A DNA stretch of 64,000 nucleotides from an uncultured Thermodesulfobacteriota bacterium (GTDB lineage: Bacteria; Desulfobacterota; Zymogenia; Zymogenales; Zymogenaceae), in the NCBI GenBank assembly GCA_964542895.1, contig CAZIWT010000002.1, forward strand, positions 2,730 through 66,729, written 5' to 3'. Shown here in pieces: positions 10,032-20,008 of the stretch. The notes below the pieces were generated by a model. That model had not been told where the DNA came from. It was given only the letters and a program-made list of their open reading frames with translations, and ran no database searches. Made by a program: the position numbers and the translations under genes. The first letter of the stretch is position 1; each line of letters begins with the position of its first letter.

Positions 10032-10933
10032 AATAAACTCCCCGAATTTGTGGCACTATTTTTTTTTAGGGCGCCTGACGCCCCCTTTAAGGCGGACAGG
10101 ATCTCCTTCAGGGCGTCCTCTGCCTTATAGGTGTCTGTATTAACGTCCCATCCTCTCTCCTTGAGGCGGATCAAGAGCTCCGTGACCTCCGGCATAAAGC
10201 TCCCAAGGTGTTCTTCGGCCTCCGGATCGGAAAAGAGCTCGGAGGAGGGGCAGTCCGCCGCAACCTTTCCGCCTCTCAGGATTATTATCCGGTCGGCCGC
10301 GTTTATGATCTCTTCTATTACGTGGGAGATCAGTATTATCGTCTTCCCTTTTCTGTTCAGCTCCTTTATGTTTCCGATGGTCTCGGTTCTCGACTCGGCG
10401 TCGAGTCCCTGGGTGGGCTCATCGAAAATGAGGATATCGGGATCGACGGAAAGTATAGATGCGATGGCCACCTTTCTCTGCTCACCGCCCGACAGCGTAA
10501 AGGGGGAGCGGTTTTTAAGGGCGTCGTAGTCGAGGTTGACGAGATCCGCCGCCCTCCTCACCATCATTTCGATCTCCTTTTCGTTAAGCCTCTCCTTTTT
10601 ATGTCTCAGGCCGAACTTCAGCTCCTTCTGGACCGTCTCCTCGAAGAGCTGGTGCTCCGGATACTGGAATACCAGCCCGACCCTCTCTGTCAAGGCCCCC
10701 GTCTTCTTTGTGTCCGGCCCGACAACGAAGTCCCCGACGCGGACGCTGCCCGCCGTCGGGATGAGGATGCCGTTCAGGTGTAGCGCCAGGGTCGTCTTCC
10801 CGGAGCCGGTCTCCCCGATCAGGGCGACGAACTCCCCCGCCTCGATCTCGAGACTTACCCCTGAAAGCGCCTCCTTTTCAATGGGTGTTCCCCGATTGAA
10901 GTGCTGGTACAGATCTTTGATTTCGATGAGCAT
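10028..10933 (-). CDS. ABC transporter ATP-binding protein, ECF/CbiO-like
   Basis: Walker A GETGSGKTT, signature LSGGEQRKVAIA, Walker B ILIFDEPTQGLD. Confidence 0.85.
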   Translation of the reverse strand: MLIEIKDLYQHFNRGTPIEKEALSGVSLEIEAGEFVALIGETGSGKTTLALHLNGILIPTAGSVRVGDFVVGPDTKKTGALTERVGLVFQYPEHQLFEETVQKELKFGLRHKKERLNEKEIEMMVRRAADLVNLDYDALKNRSPFTLSGGEQRKVAIASILSVDPDILIFDEPTQGLDAESRTETIGNIKELNRKGKTIILISHVIEEIINAADRIIILRGGKVAADCPSSELFSDPEAEEHLGSFMPEVTELLIRLKERGWDVNTDTYKAEDALKEILSALKGASGALKKNSATNSGSLL

Positions 10934-10939
10934 AAAGCT

Positions 10940-11227
10940 TTAAGACGACACCTTAAAGACCATATCTCCCGGCCTTACCCTCTCGCCCACCTTGATACCC
11001 ACAAGGGAGCCGGAGGGGGCTTCCGCAACCTGTTTATTTTCCACCTCCATCGACTCGACCACCTCTGTAAAATCGGTTGTGGCGCCCTTGTAGTGAAGCT
11101 CGTCTCCCACCTTGATAGCGTCGTCGGTTACCTTGATGGCGGCGACGCTCGGCTTGGCGAAGAATTTGACTATTTCACCTACCATGACTTCCTCGGACAT
11201 CGATTTCCTCCTAAAGATCGAAAACAA
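10940..11227 (-). CDS. small hypothetical protein with EF-Tu domain-2-like beta-barrel character
   Basis: 95 aa. VGEIVKFF...GDELHYKG...GIKVGERVRPGDMVFKV. Only 2 codons (TAA stop) separate it from the downstream ABC gene in the same frame. Confidence 0.4.
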   Translation of the reverse strand: MFSIFRRKSMSEEVMVGEIVKFFAKPSVAAIKVTDDAIKVGDELHYKGATTDFTEVVESMEVENKQVAEAPSGSLVGIKVGERVRPGDMVFKVSS

Positions 11228-11352
11228 TCGGGATATTTAGATTAACTTCGCTGTCTCTTCCTCAAGATTGTAAGATTATTTTCACGTTAGACATATCTAT
11301 ATAGAAACGGATCTCGCTGAATATCGACGGAAGAGGGCCCCTCCCGATCGAT

Positions 11353-12789
11353 TTAGATCGCCCCCATGGCCTTAAGGATCCCCTTGGTCAGATTCGAGAT
11401 CTCGCCGTCCGTTATCGTCCTCGGATCGATGATCACCCTCTCCTGAGCGATGCGGGAGATTATCGGCGGATCCTGTTCCCTCAACATCTCCTCCAGCTTG
11501 TCCGGGCCGATCTCGTTTGGAAATATCAAGACCACCCTCGTGGGGATATCCGCCGTGGGAAAAGACCCGCCCCCCGGCTGAGAAAAATCGTCCGCGCTCA
11601 CCACGTCGAACCCGGGGTGCGGTACGCTGTTTATCTTCCTTACTATCTTCTTGACCCTCGCCTGTGTCTTGTCGTAGGGCATCGTGATCATCGAGAGGGC
11701 GGGGATCTTCTTCAGCGCGATCTCGACGTCCCTGTACATTAGAAGCGTGGCCTCCGCCGCCGCCAGGGTGAACTTGTCGATCCTCAGCGCACGGTTGAGG
11801 GGATTCTGCCTCACCTTTTTAATTGTCTCCTCTTTGCCCAAGATGAAGCCGGCCTGACCGCCGCCCAGAAGCTTGTCTCCCGAAAACGTAACGACGTCCA
11901 CTCCCGACTTCACGGTCTCGACGACCGTCGGCTCTTTCGGGAGGCCGAACCGGGCGAGATCGACCAGACACCCGCTCCCCAAATCTTCCACCACAGGGAT
12001 ATTATGCTTTTTGGCGAGCTTCACGAGCTCCGATGCGGGGACGTCCTCAGTGAACCCGACGATTCTGTAATTGGACGTGTGCACCTTCAAGATCATTCCG
12101 GTTTCCGGCCCGATAGCGGCCTCGTAGTCGGAGAGCCTTGTCCTGTTTGTCGTCCCCACCTCTTTCAGCCTTGCGCCGCTCTTTTCCATTACGTCCGGGA
12201 TACGAAAGGCGCCCCCGATCTCCACGAGCTCGCCCCGGGAGACTATGACCTCCTTCCCGTTTGACAGGGTGTTGGCTACAAGGAGGACGGCGGCGGCGTT
12301 GTTGTTTACGATGATGGAGGACTCGGCCGTCGTGATCTCACCTATCAGCTTACCGATGTGATCGTAGCGGGAGCCCCTCTCCCCCTTGTCCAGATCGAAC
12401 TCGAGGTTTGAATACCCCCCCGCTATCCTGATGACGTTATCCAGAACGTCCCTTCCGAGGGGCGCCCTGCCGAGGTTCGTGTGGAGCACGATCCCGGTGG
12501 CGTTAATGACCGGTCTCAAGGTGGTCTTGTGGGATGTCAGAAGCCACTCCTCAATAAGGGAGATCATGGACGACTCGGTAACATCGACCCCCTCGTCGTC
12601 GGAGAGGAGTCTTTCCCGGGTAATTGAGATCGCCTCCCGAACGGCCCTCTTCACCACCTTCTTGGAGTATTTGTCGACGAGGTCTTCCACCTTCGGGTGC
12701 ATAAGGAGCTTGTCCACCGCGGGAAGGGTGGAGAGCTTCTCCTTTAAGGCCGAAGCATCCTCTCCTTTTTTAACGGCTTCTTCGGTCAT
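11353..12789 (-). CDS. selA: L-seryl-tRNA(Sec) selenium transferase
   Basis: VINATGIVLHTNLGRAPL block, PLP-lysine region and ~470 aa length typical of SelA. Confidence 0.8.
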   Translation of the reverse strand: MTEEAVKKGEDASALKEKLSTLPAVDKLLMHPKVEDLVDKYSKKVVKRAVREAISITRERLLSDDEGVDVTESSMISLIEEWLLTSHKTTLRPVINATGIVLHTNLGRAPLGRDVLDNVIRIAGGYSNLEFDLDKGERGSRYDHIGKLIGEITTAESSIIVNNNAAAVLLVANTLSNGKEVIVSRGELVEIGGAFRIPDVMEKSGARLKEVGTTNRTRLSDYEAAIGPETGMILKVHTSNYRIVGFTEDVPASELVKLAKKHNIPVVEDLGSGCLVDLARFGLPKEPTVVETVKSGVDVVTFSGDKLLGGGQAGFILGKEETIKKVRQNPLNRALRIDKFTLAAAEATLLMYRDVEIALKKIPALSMITMPYDKTQARVKKIVRKINSVPHPGFDVVSADDFSQPGGGSFPTADIPTRVVLIFPNEIGPDKLEEMLREQDPPIISRIAQERVIIDPRTITDGEISNLTKGILKAMGAI

Positions 12790-12987
12790 GATATTAAAAA
12801 TCCGAAAAAATTAGAAATAATCGGTTTTATCTTTCTCCGAAGGCTCATTGTTATAAGACGACACTATTTTATAGCATAAATAAACTATTTTTCAAGTAAA
12901 ATAAAGAGATCGGGGAGATTGCAGAGATTGTATAGATTATATAGATTAATATTGCGGCGGGTTTTACCGCCGTGCTATAAAGGGGCT

Positions 12988-13500
12988 ATGGTGAAAAAGA
13001 CCGCATTTTTGGGGCTCGGCTCCAATATCGGAGACAGGGCGAAGAACCTCGAGACGGCAGAATTGCTGATCTCCGGGATGGAAGGCGTCGACGTGATGTC
13101 ATCGTCTTCCCTCTATGAGACTGAGCCAGTGGGCGTTACCGATCAGCCGAGGTTCCTGAACGGCGCCCTTAAGATAGAAACGACTATCTCCCCGGAGGAG
13201 CTGATAGTGAGGCTCAAGGAGATAGAGAGGGAGATGGGGAGGGGCGATACCGTCCGGTGGGGGCCGAGGTTCATCGATATAGACATCCTGCTGTTCGAAG
13301 ATCTGGTTATCGAGACCGCGGTCGATGGGATGGAGCTTATAATCCCCCACCCGGAGATGGCGTGTAGGTCTTTCGTTCTCGTCCCGTTGGCGGAGATCGC
13401 CCCGGACGCGGTTCATCCCGTGTTGAAAAAGGATGTGGATGAGCTCCTCGACGACCTGGGGGATGTGGGGGGTGTTGTGAAATACCGGGGGGAGGATTAA
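12988..13500 (+). CDS. folK: 2-amino-4-hydroxy-6-hydroxymethyldihydropteridine pyrophosphokinase (HPPK)
   Basis: FLGLGSNIGDR, YETEPVG, RWGPRFIDIDILLF motifs. Start taken at the internal MVKK (the ORF track begins at 12919). Confidence 0.85.
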   Translation: MVKKTAFLGLGSNIGDRAKNLETAELLISGMEGVDVMSSSSLYETEPVGVTDQPRFLNGALKIETTISPEELIVRLKEIEREMGRGDTVRWGPRFIDIDILLFEDLVIETAVDGMELIIPHPEMACRSFVLVPLAEIAPDAVHPVLKKDVDELLDDLGDVGGVVKYRGED

Positions 13501-13528
13501 ACAAAAAAAGTATATCACTTCCGTCGCT

Positions 13529-14512
13529 TCAAGCGGACGAGCCTTCTTTTAATATTTTTGACAATTTCTCCGTTCTCTCCCTATCCTCGAACAGGAGCCT
13601 GCACGTCCCGCAGGGGGAGCGTAGGAGGAGTTCGTCCCTCGGCGTCGCCGGTTTTTCCTTCAGGAGGTCGAACACCGCCCTGGGGCCGATCGTGTAGAGG
13701 GCCTTTAGGAAGGGATCGGTGTCGTATCTCTTGATAATCTCCTTTAAGTGCGTCTCCTTCAGGTTCCCGAGGCACAGGGGGTGATTCCCCTCGATGTTCG
13801 CTGCCTCCCCGCAGCAGGCGTATACGTCCCCGCCGGGCATGATGAAAGGTGTCCTCAAGGAGAGGCAGGGGAGAGCGGGGTTTTTATCCGGGAACTCCTC
13901 CGGCGCCATCCTTTCCGTCGCCTCTCCGATGTACATCACCGGCGCGAACTGAACGACGTCGAGATTCGGGAGCCCCTCCTTTTCAAACCAACCTTTAAGG
14001 CCCTCCTCGGTGTCGTCCGCCTTCATCGTCGCCCTGACGATGTAGGGGATTTTCAGGGATTCGGCCGCTTTGGCGGCGTTGACGACGTTTTTTACAGGGA
14101 TGAACTCGTCGTGAAACGTGTCGGCGGAGAGCCCGATTCCGATCGTGTCCTTGAAGTCGGAGAGGATTTCCTTTGCCATCTCAAGGGTCTTGGCCCAGAA
14201 GGCGTTTGTCACGATCGTGTAGGGGATGTTTACCTCCCGCAATCTCTCGACCGCGTAGTAGAGGAGCTCCCTTACGATGAAGACCTCACCGCCGGTGAGC
14301 CCCACCGCTTCGATCACCGGAGTCTCGGCGATCTGGTCGATGAAGTCGTGGAGGTCTATTGTGGTGAAGTCGGAGTCGGCCTCCGATTTTACCCCCGACT
14401 TTTTCGAGGCGGGCCAGGCGCCGCAGTGCCTGCACCGGGCATTGCAGCGCCGGGTCAGCAGAAACGATATGGTGAGGTGCTCCATTATATCCAACCTGGC
14501 CAACTCGGCCAA
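13529..14512 (-). CDS. radical SAM protein with SPASM-like C-terminal Cys cluster
   Basis: CNARCRHC (CxxxCxxC), GGE motif. C-terminal CLSL...CCGEAAN...CLGNL...SPCGTC. Confidence 0.8.
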   Translation of the reverse strand: MAELARLDIMEHLTISFLLTRRCNARCRHCGAWPASKKSGVKSEADSDFTTIDLHDFIDQIAETPVIEAVGLTGGEVFIVRELLYYAVERLREVNIPYTIVTNAFWAKTLEMAKEILSDFKDTIGIGLSADTFHDEFIPVKNVVNAAKAAESLKIPYIVRATMKADDTEEGLKGWFEKEGLPNLDVVQFAPVMYIGEATERMAPEEFPDKNPALPCLSLRTPFIMPGGDVYACCGEAANIEGNHPLCLGNLKETHLKEIIKRYDTDPFLKALYTIGPRAVFDLLKEKPATPRDELLLRSPCGTCRLLFEDRERTEKLSKILKEGSSA

Positions 14513-14536
14513 AGATTTAATCTTGCAGATTATGCT

Positions 14537-15010
14537 CTATTTTTTTCTCTTTTCCTTCAACTGGGGAGGGACGTAGTCGTTGAATACCGTGAACTTGTGC
14601 TCAACAAACCTGATCGACTTTATCTTCGTGAAGACCATCCTCCCGTCGATCTCCTCGGTCCAGTTCAGCCCCTCCGGAAACATACAGTCCTGATAGAATC
14701 CCGGCCCGAGGGGCGGGAGTACCACCTCGGCCCCCTCCCTTCCCCCCACGTCCGGAACCCTGACCCCCCTGTACTTGCACCCTTTTTCTGTGAAGAACCT
14801 GACCTGCCAGTAGGCTGGGGAGGTCTTGTCCTCGCTCATGTGGTAGTCGGGCCCGGCGTAGATCGTCATCGAGCAGGGGGTGAAATCGCCGAGGGCGGCA
14901 TCGAGGTCGTCGACCCTGTCGGTGAAGACCTTTCTCTTTCCCCGCCACATAGGCTCGTCCCAGAAGACAACGATAAGGGGAATTACCGTGAGCTTTCTCG
15001 GGGGCTTCAT
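14537..15010 (-). CDS. hypothetical protein co-oriented upstream of the radical SAM gene
   Basis: 157-aa ORF. 25-nt gap to the rSAM gene. Confidence 0.45.
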   Translation of the reverse strand: MKPPRKLTVIPLIVVFWDEPMWRGKRKVFTDRVDDLDAALGDFTPCSMTIYAGPDYHMSEDKTSPAYWQVRFFTEKGCKYRGVRVPDVGGREGAEVVLPPLGPGFYQDCMFPEGLNWTEEIDGRMVFTKIKSIRFVEHKFTVFNDYVPPQLKEKRKK

Positions 15011-15222
15011 ATTTTTTACCTTTCTTAGCTATTTGAATCCGACTCTATATAACACTTACGGTGTCGAAAGTCAACATGGCCCGGATTTGGACGGAATTCG
15101 GGCTTCCGTCCGTCAATATTATTGCTTGACCGGAAATTGAGGAGATGATAGCCTATGTATCAAGTGAAAAATATTTGGAGACCTGTTGCCGGGACGGTGA
15201 GTCGCTTAAAAAGGTGGATGTT

Positions 15223-15918
15223 ATGAAGAAATGGATAAAGCAGATAAGGGAGGGCAGGGACAAGGAAGAGAGGGACAACGTCGAAGGAAGCGATGTCTTG
15301 GGCGATAACGATAAGGACGAGAATATAGCGACCCTCTATGAGGTGGTCGAGGACTATCTGAAGAGCCTCGATCACAACCAGCTCATGGAGGTCACCGATG
15401 AGTTCCTCGATCGGTACGAGAGGCACACCGACGAGATCGCGGGGATAATCAAGTCGCCGCCCAAGGGTAAGGTCACAAGCAAAAGAGGTGAGATCGAGAG
15501 AGAAGCGGGGGCGGGTGACAAGGGGAGTGAAATTTCCGGGGGGGTGATTGAGGAGGAAAAGGGGGGAAGTGTCGCGGAGGATGAAAATATGAAGTACTTT
15601 TTGAGGGAGTGGATAGGGGTAATCAGGGATCAGGACAACAGGAGGTTCGAGACGGCGCTGAAAAACCTCGACGAAAAGGGCGCGGCGGAGAAGAGGAGGC
15701 TGGAAGACATCCTGGAGTTGAAGGTAAAGAGGATCGAGGCGGACCTTTCAAGGACCACCGATCACCAGACGGGCCTCGTTACCATGCTCCAAAACGAGAT
15801 ACACGAGCAGAATCGGCGCCTCTTTGCGGTCTTTAACAGGGTCTGGATATTGATCACCGGACTGGTGGCCGCTTTTCTCCTCGGGGGGGCGGCGCTTCTG
15901 GTTGCGCTGCTTAAATAA
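15223..15918 (+). CDS. hypothetical coiled-coil protein with C-terminal transmembrane helix
   Basis: Charged coiled-coil-like sequence. C-terminal ILITGLVAAFLLGGAALLVALL. The start is ambiguous (15145 or 15223). Confidence 0.4.
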   Translation: MKKWIKQIREGRDKEERDNVEGSDVLGDNDKDENIATLYEVVEDYLKSLDHNQLMEVTDEFLDRYERHTDEIAGIIKSPPKGKVTSKRGEIEREAGAGDKGSEISGGVIEEEKGGSVAEDENMKYFLREWIGVIRDQDNRRFETALKNLDEKGAAEKRRLEDILELKVKRIEADLSRTTDHQTGLVTMLQNEIHEQNRRLFAVFNRVWILITGLVAAFLLGGAALLVALLK

Positions 15919-16099
15919 CCGGGGTGGTTTTCTGATGCTTCTCCTTTGGCACAGATGGAGATTTTGCCCGTCAAGATTTTTTAACCAATTATGTTTATTG
16001 GAAGTCTAAAATATATAACGTTTTCATTTTTCCGCAGGGGCTTATGAGATACATCATGTTTTGTCAACGGCCCCCCTTCAAAAACCGTATCCGGCCTGA

Positions 16100-18427
16100 G
16101 TGATGAACAAAAAAAGGCGAAAGGTAAGGATCTCTTTAAAGCTTTTTCTCCTTTTCACCTACGTCGGGCTCATTCCGATCATCTTCATCTCCTTTTACAC
16201 CTACTACGAGATCAACCGAATCGTGGCCGTCGAGGCGGAAAACAGGCTTGTCGAGGTAGGGACGAGATTGAGCGGCGACATCACGAGATCGATCAACGGC
16301 TCCTACAAGACGATGAAGCTCCTCTCCAAAAACCCCGTTATCACAGGCGACCACAAGACGACGGGTGAGAAGGAGCGGGAGCTTCAGAAGATAGCGAGCT
16401 TCTCCCCCGATATCATGGCCCTCTTTATTTTAAGGGATGGTGAGATCGCGGCCCGGGGCGGCGTTTATGGCTTTCCCGAAGATAAGATAGATAAAAAGGG
16501 TCTTATGAGGAATTCCCCGAAGATAACCGGGCCTTTCGTCTCCTCCAAGTTCTCGACCCCTGCCTTTATAGTGTCTGTGCCTGTTGTGCCGTCGGCACCG
16601 GCTTTAGAGAGAGGAGGTGGGGAGACACTCGTCCTCGTGGGTGTCTTCAACCTGGAGGATCTTTGGGACATGACGAACCTAACCCGGATAGGGAAGACGG
16701 GCCGCGCCGTCGTCATCGACGACCAGGGCAGGAGGGTTGCCGGGGTGGGAACCGATGTGATGTTTACGAAGTTTACCGACGAGAACATAAACAGGATCAC
16801 CACGGTAGGGAGGGGGATAATTCATTATACCGACGATGAAGGGAAAAAGTATCTCGTCTTCGGGACTCTAATTCCCGGCCTGAAGGATATAGGCCCAGAG
16901 GGGCTTCGGGTGGTTGTTTTTTTTGAAGAGGACGAGGCTTTTTTGGTTGCCGACAAGATACGAAAGGGCCTCCCCTACGCGGTGGTTGTTATCCTGATCG
17001 CAACATCGATAGTGTCTTTCATACTGTCGGACACCATCTCCCGGCCGATAAAAAAGCTCACCAGGGCGACGGAGCTGATCGCAAAAGGGGAATTTTCAGA
17101 GGAGATCGTACCGACTTCAAATGACGAGATCGGTGTCCTTACCGATTCCTTCAACCGCATGGCCAGGGAGCTGAGCGATTCAAGGGATTTTATTGAGAGC
17201 TACAACAAGGAGCTCGAAAGGCTTGTGAGGGAGAGGAGCCGCAAGCTGAAGGAGTCGGAGGAGAAATACAGGATGGTTGTGGAGGGTTCCGGGGAAGGCT
17301 GGGTGGTGTTCGATAAAGAGGGGACGGTCAAGTTTGCGAACCGGAGCATGGGCGGTCTCGTGGGGGAAGAGCCTGTCAGGCTTTTGGGGAGGAAGCTCGA
17401 CGAGTTGATCTCCCTCGATACCAAAGGGGTGGGTGCGAAGGGGCCGATCCAAGGCAAGGTCTTGGAGGATGATTCGGGAAAGCCGATAAAGATCGAGATG
17501 GTCGGGATAGACGGGGACAGAAAATATCTCGAGGCCGCGATATTTTCCCTTTCGGGCCGAGAAAGTGAGGGGTGGGAGGGCGGCGGTGAGGAGGCGCCCC
17601 TCTTTCTCGCCCACCTCAAGGACGTCACCGATATTCACACCCTCGAGACGGAAAGCGAAAATCTCAAGCTTGAGCTCATGGAGCGGGCGAAACACTCCCA
17701 GATCGGTATCCTGGCCGAGGGGCTCTTTCACAATCTGAACAATCCCCTTCAGGCGCTGGTGAGCCTGTTGAAGGTCAGCTCCGAAGACCTCGAGAGCGAG
17801 TTTACACAGAAGGGGAAAAAGGATACAGTCGATTTGAGCGGGAGGCGGCAAGGCCTCATATCCGACTCGAAGGAGGCGTACGACCTCTCCAGGAGGCTAT
17901 CGGATCAGGTCAGAAACCTGATGGCGAAGGTGAGAAACGAGGGGAAGAGGGAGGTGGAGGAGCTCGACATAAACCGGATATTGACCGACGAGATAAAATT
18001 TCTGGAGGCGGACCTCTTCTTCAAACATAAGATCGAGAAGGAGCTGATACTAGACGGGAAGATACCGGTTTTCAAGGGGGTGTATTCGGACTTGTCCCAG
18101 AGCTTTGTCAATATTATCTTGAACGCCGTAGACGGCATGAGGGAGGCGGAAAAGAGAAAGTTGACCGTCAAGACCGCGGTCAGGGGAGACGATATCGTGG
18201 TGACGTTTCAGGACACGGGCGTCGGGATAGACGAGCGGGACATCCCGAATATCTTCAAGCCCTTCTTCACCACCAAGAGAGAAGGTGGGGGCAGGGGGGG
18301 TAAGGGGGATTCCGGGACGGGGCTAGGGCTCTTTACGGTGGACTTCCTCTTGAAGCCATACGGGGCGGTCTATAACGTTACGTCGCGGCCGGGGGAGACC
18401 TTTTTTGAGATAGTCCTCTCGATATAG
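16100..18427 (+). CDS. sensor histidine kinase (TM-Cache-HAMP-PAS-HisKA-HATPase)
   Basis: N-terminal TM and a periplasmic sensing region. HAMP (PIKKLTRATELIAKGEFSEEI...LTDSFNRMAREL). H-box FHNLNNPLQAL. G-box GTGLGL. Confidence 0.85.
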   Translation: MMNKKRRKVRISLKLFLLFTYVGLIPIIFISFYTYYEINRIVAVEAENRLVEVGTRLSGDITRSINGSYKTMKLLSKNPVITGDHKTTGEKERELQKIASFSPDIMALFILRDGEIAARGGVYGFPEDKIDKKGLMRNSPKITGPFVSSKFSTPAFIVSVPVVPSAPALERGGGETLVLVGVFNLEDLWDMTNLTRIGKTGRAVVIDDQGRRVAGVGTDVMFTKFTDENINRITTVGRGIIHYTDDEGKKYLVFGTLIPGLKDIGPEGLRVVVFFEEDEAFLVADKIRKGLPYAVVVILIATSIVSFILSDTISRPIKKLTRATELIAKGEFSEEIVPTSNDEIGVLTDSFNRMARELSDSRDFIESYNKELERLVRERSRKLKESEEKYRMVVEGSGEGWVVFDKEGTVKFANRSMGGLVGEEPVRLLGRKLDELISLDTKGVGAKGPIQGKVLEDDSGKPIKIEMVGIDGDRKYLEAAIFSLSGRESEGWEGGGEEAPLFLAHLKDVTDIHTLETESENLKLELMERAKHSQIGILAEGLFHNLNNPLQALVSLLKVSSEDLESEFTQKGKKDTVDLSGRRQGLISDSKEAYDLSRRLSDQVRNLMAKVRNEGKREVEELDINRILTDEIKFLEADLFFKHKIEKELILDGKIPVFKGVYSDLSQSFVNIILNAVDGMREAEKRKLTVKTAVRGDDIVVTFQDTGVGIDERDIPNIFKPFFTTKREGGGRGGKGDSGTGLGLFTVDFLLKPYGAVYNVTSRPGETFFEIVLSI

Positions 18428-18541
18428 AAGGGTCGGAGTCGGAAAGGTGCCGGAGGGGGGGCGCGGGGAATCGTTTGATTTGTCTGAAACAGCGATAAGA
18501 TTGGAATTACAGGAGGGGGGAATATATGAGAGGAGCGAACG

Positions 18542-20008
18542 ATGGAGGGGAGTAAGGGGAGCAAAGGTGCCGGTGTAAGGGGGGTGGGATCCAAATCCCC
18601 TGCATACAGAAAGGGGATTGGGCTGAAATACAAGATGGCCCTTACGATGTCACTGGTTATAGTGGTTGTGATGGGACTTGTGACGGCGATTACGGTAAAA
18701 CGGGAGGTGGCCGCAAAGAAAAGGGACGCCGACCTCAGGATAGCCGGGATCGCAACGATGATCAAGCTGACCATGGACACCATGCCGAGAGAGAATTTCA
18801 TCCGCTGGGTGAAATCCCTCTACTCGGTCAAGTACGAGACGAAAAGCTACAATCTCGACCTGATTTACATCGTTATCGAGGATAGCGACGGGGAAAATAT
18901 CGTGTCTTCTGTTAATCCGAAGGCGGGACTTGAGGGCTCGGGCTCCGAGGATTACGAAAACCTTGCAGAGCTCAAGGAGATCGAGGTGAAGGGGTTGAAG
19001 AAGGTCGAGACTTTCATTAAAGATAAGAGCACGGGAAATGTAAAGACATCTATCTATATGGGGTATTACCTCAAGAACCTTCAAAAGGGAATTTGGGAGA
19101 TGGTGGGAAAGTCCCTTGCGGTTACGCTTTTTCTGATCGTTACCGCCGTAATCTTCTCGTTTTACTTCTCGAACAGGCTCACCCGGCCTATTGAATCCCT
19201 CGTGTCCGGCATGGAACTGGTTTCCGGGGGCGACTTTACCAAAAGGGTGCCGGTAACCACCACAGACGAGATCGGCTATCTGGCAAACAGCTTCAACAGG
19301 ATGACCGAGGGACTGAAGGAGAGGGAGTTCATCAAGGATACCTTCAAGAGGTACGTGACGAGGGAGATCGCCGACCAGCTCCTATCCCAGAAGAACAAGA
19401 TAGTCCTGACCGGGGAGAAGAGGGTGGTAACGGTCCTATTTGCCGATATCAAGGGCTTCACAACCATAGCCGAGAAGACGCCGCCGGTGGAGCTGGTCTC
19501 CACGCTCAACGATTATTTTTCCGTAATGATAGACATCATCTTCAAATACGAGGGGGTCTTGGACAAGTTCATCGGGGACGCCATAATGGCGTTCTGGAAC
19601 GCCCCCCTTAAGCAGGAGCAACCGTCTTTAAGGGCCGTTATGACCGCCCTGGAGATGCAAAGCGCCTTAGTTCAGCTGAACGAGAGACGCAAGCGTCAGG
19701 GGAAATATCCCCTCCACATGGGGATCGGGATAAACACCGGGGAGGCGGTGGCGGGGATTATAGGCTCCGAAAAGAAGATGGAGTACACCGTCATCGGGGA
19801 CACCGTAAACGTCGCCCAGCGTTTGGAGTCGATAACGGAGAAGGGGCAGATTTTGGTGAGCGAGAGCACGTATATGAAAGCGAGGGGCAGGCTTGTGGCA
19901 AAAGAGCTTGAACCGCAGGCGCTGAAGGGGCTCAAGAGGGATATAAAGATTTTCAACGTCTTGGGAGTAAAAAAGGGAGAAGGAGAGAAACATGATAAGA
20001 AAACATAA
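18542..20008 (+). CDS. class III adenylate/guanylate cyclase with TM and HAMP domains
   Basis: HAMP (GDFTKRVPVTTTDEIGYLANSFNRM). Cyclase core VTVLFADIKGFT...FIGDAIMAFWNAP. Confidence 0.85.
   Translation: MEGSKGSKGAGVRGVGSKSPAYRKGIGLKYKMALTMSLVIVVVMGLVTAITVKREVAAKKRDADLRIAGIATMIKLTMDTMPRENFIRWVKSLYSVKYETKSYNLDLIYIVIEDSDGENIVSSVNPKAGLEGSGSEDYENLAELKEIEVKGLKKVETFIKDKSTGNVKTSIYMGYYLKNLQKGIWEMVGKSLAVTLFLIVTAVIFSFYFSNRLTRPIESLVSGMELVSGGDFTKRVPVTTTDEIGYLANSFNRMTEGLKEREFIKDTFKRYVTREIADQLLSQKNKIVLTGEKRVVTVLFADIKGFTTIAEKTPPVELVSTLNDYFSVMIDIIFKYEGVLDKFIGDAIMAFWNAPLKQEQPSLRAVMTALEMQSALVQLNERRKRQGKYPLHMGIGINTGEAVAGIIGSEKKMEYTVIGDTVNVAQRLESITEKGQILVSESTYMKARGRLVAKELEPQALKGLKRDIKIFNVLGVKKGEGEKHDKKT

Noticed and set aside
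10028-11227. Selenoprotein read-through between the 95-aa ORF and the ABC ATPase (same frame, 2-codon gap)
   Set aside because: The intervening stop is TAA, not TGA, so no Sec recoding.
13748-15028. 426-aa plus-strand ORF spanning the rSAM and upstream genes
   Set aside because: It covers two well-supported minus-strand genes and the intergenic gap, with shadow-ORF composition.
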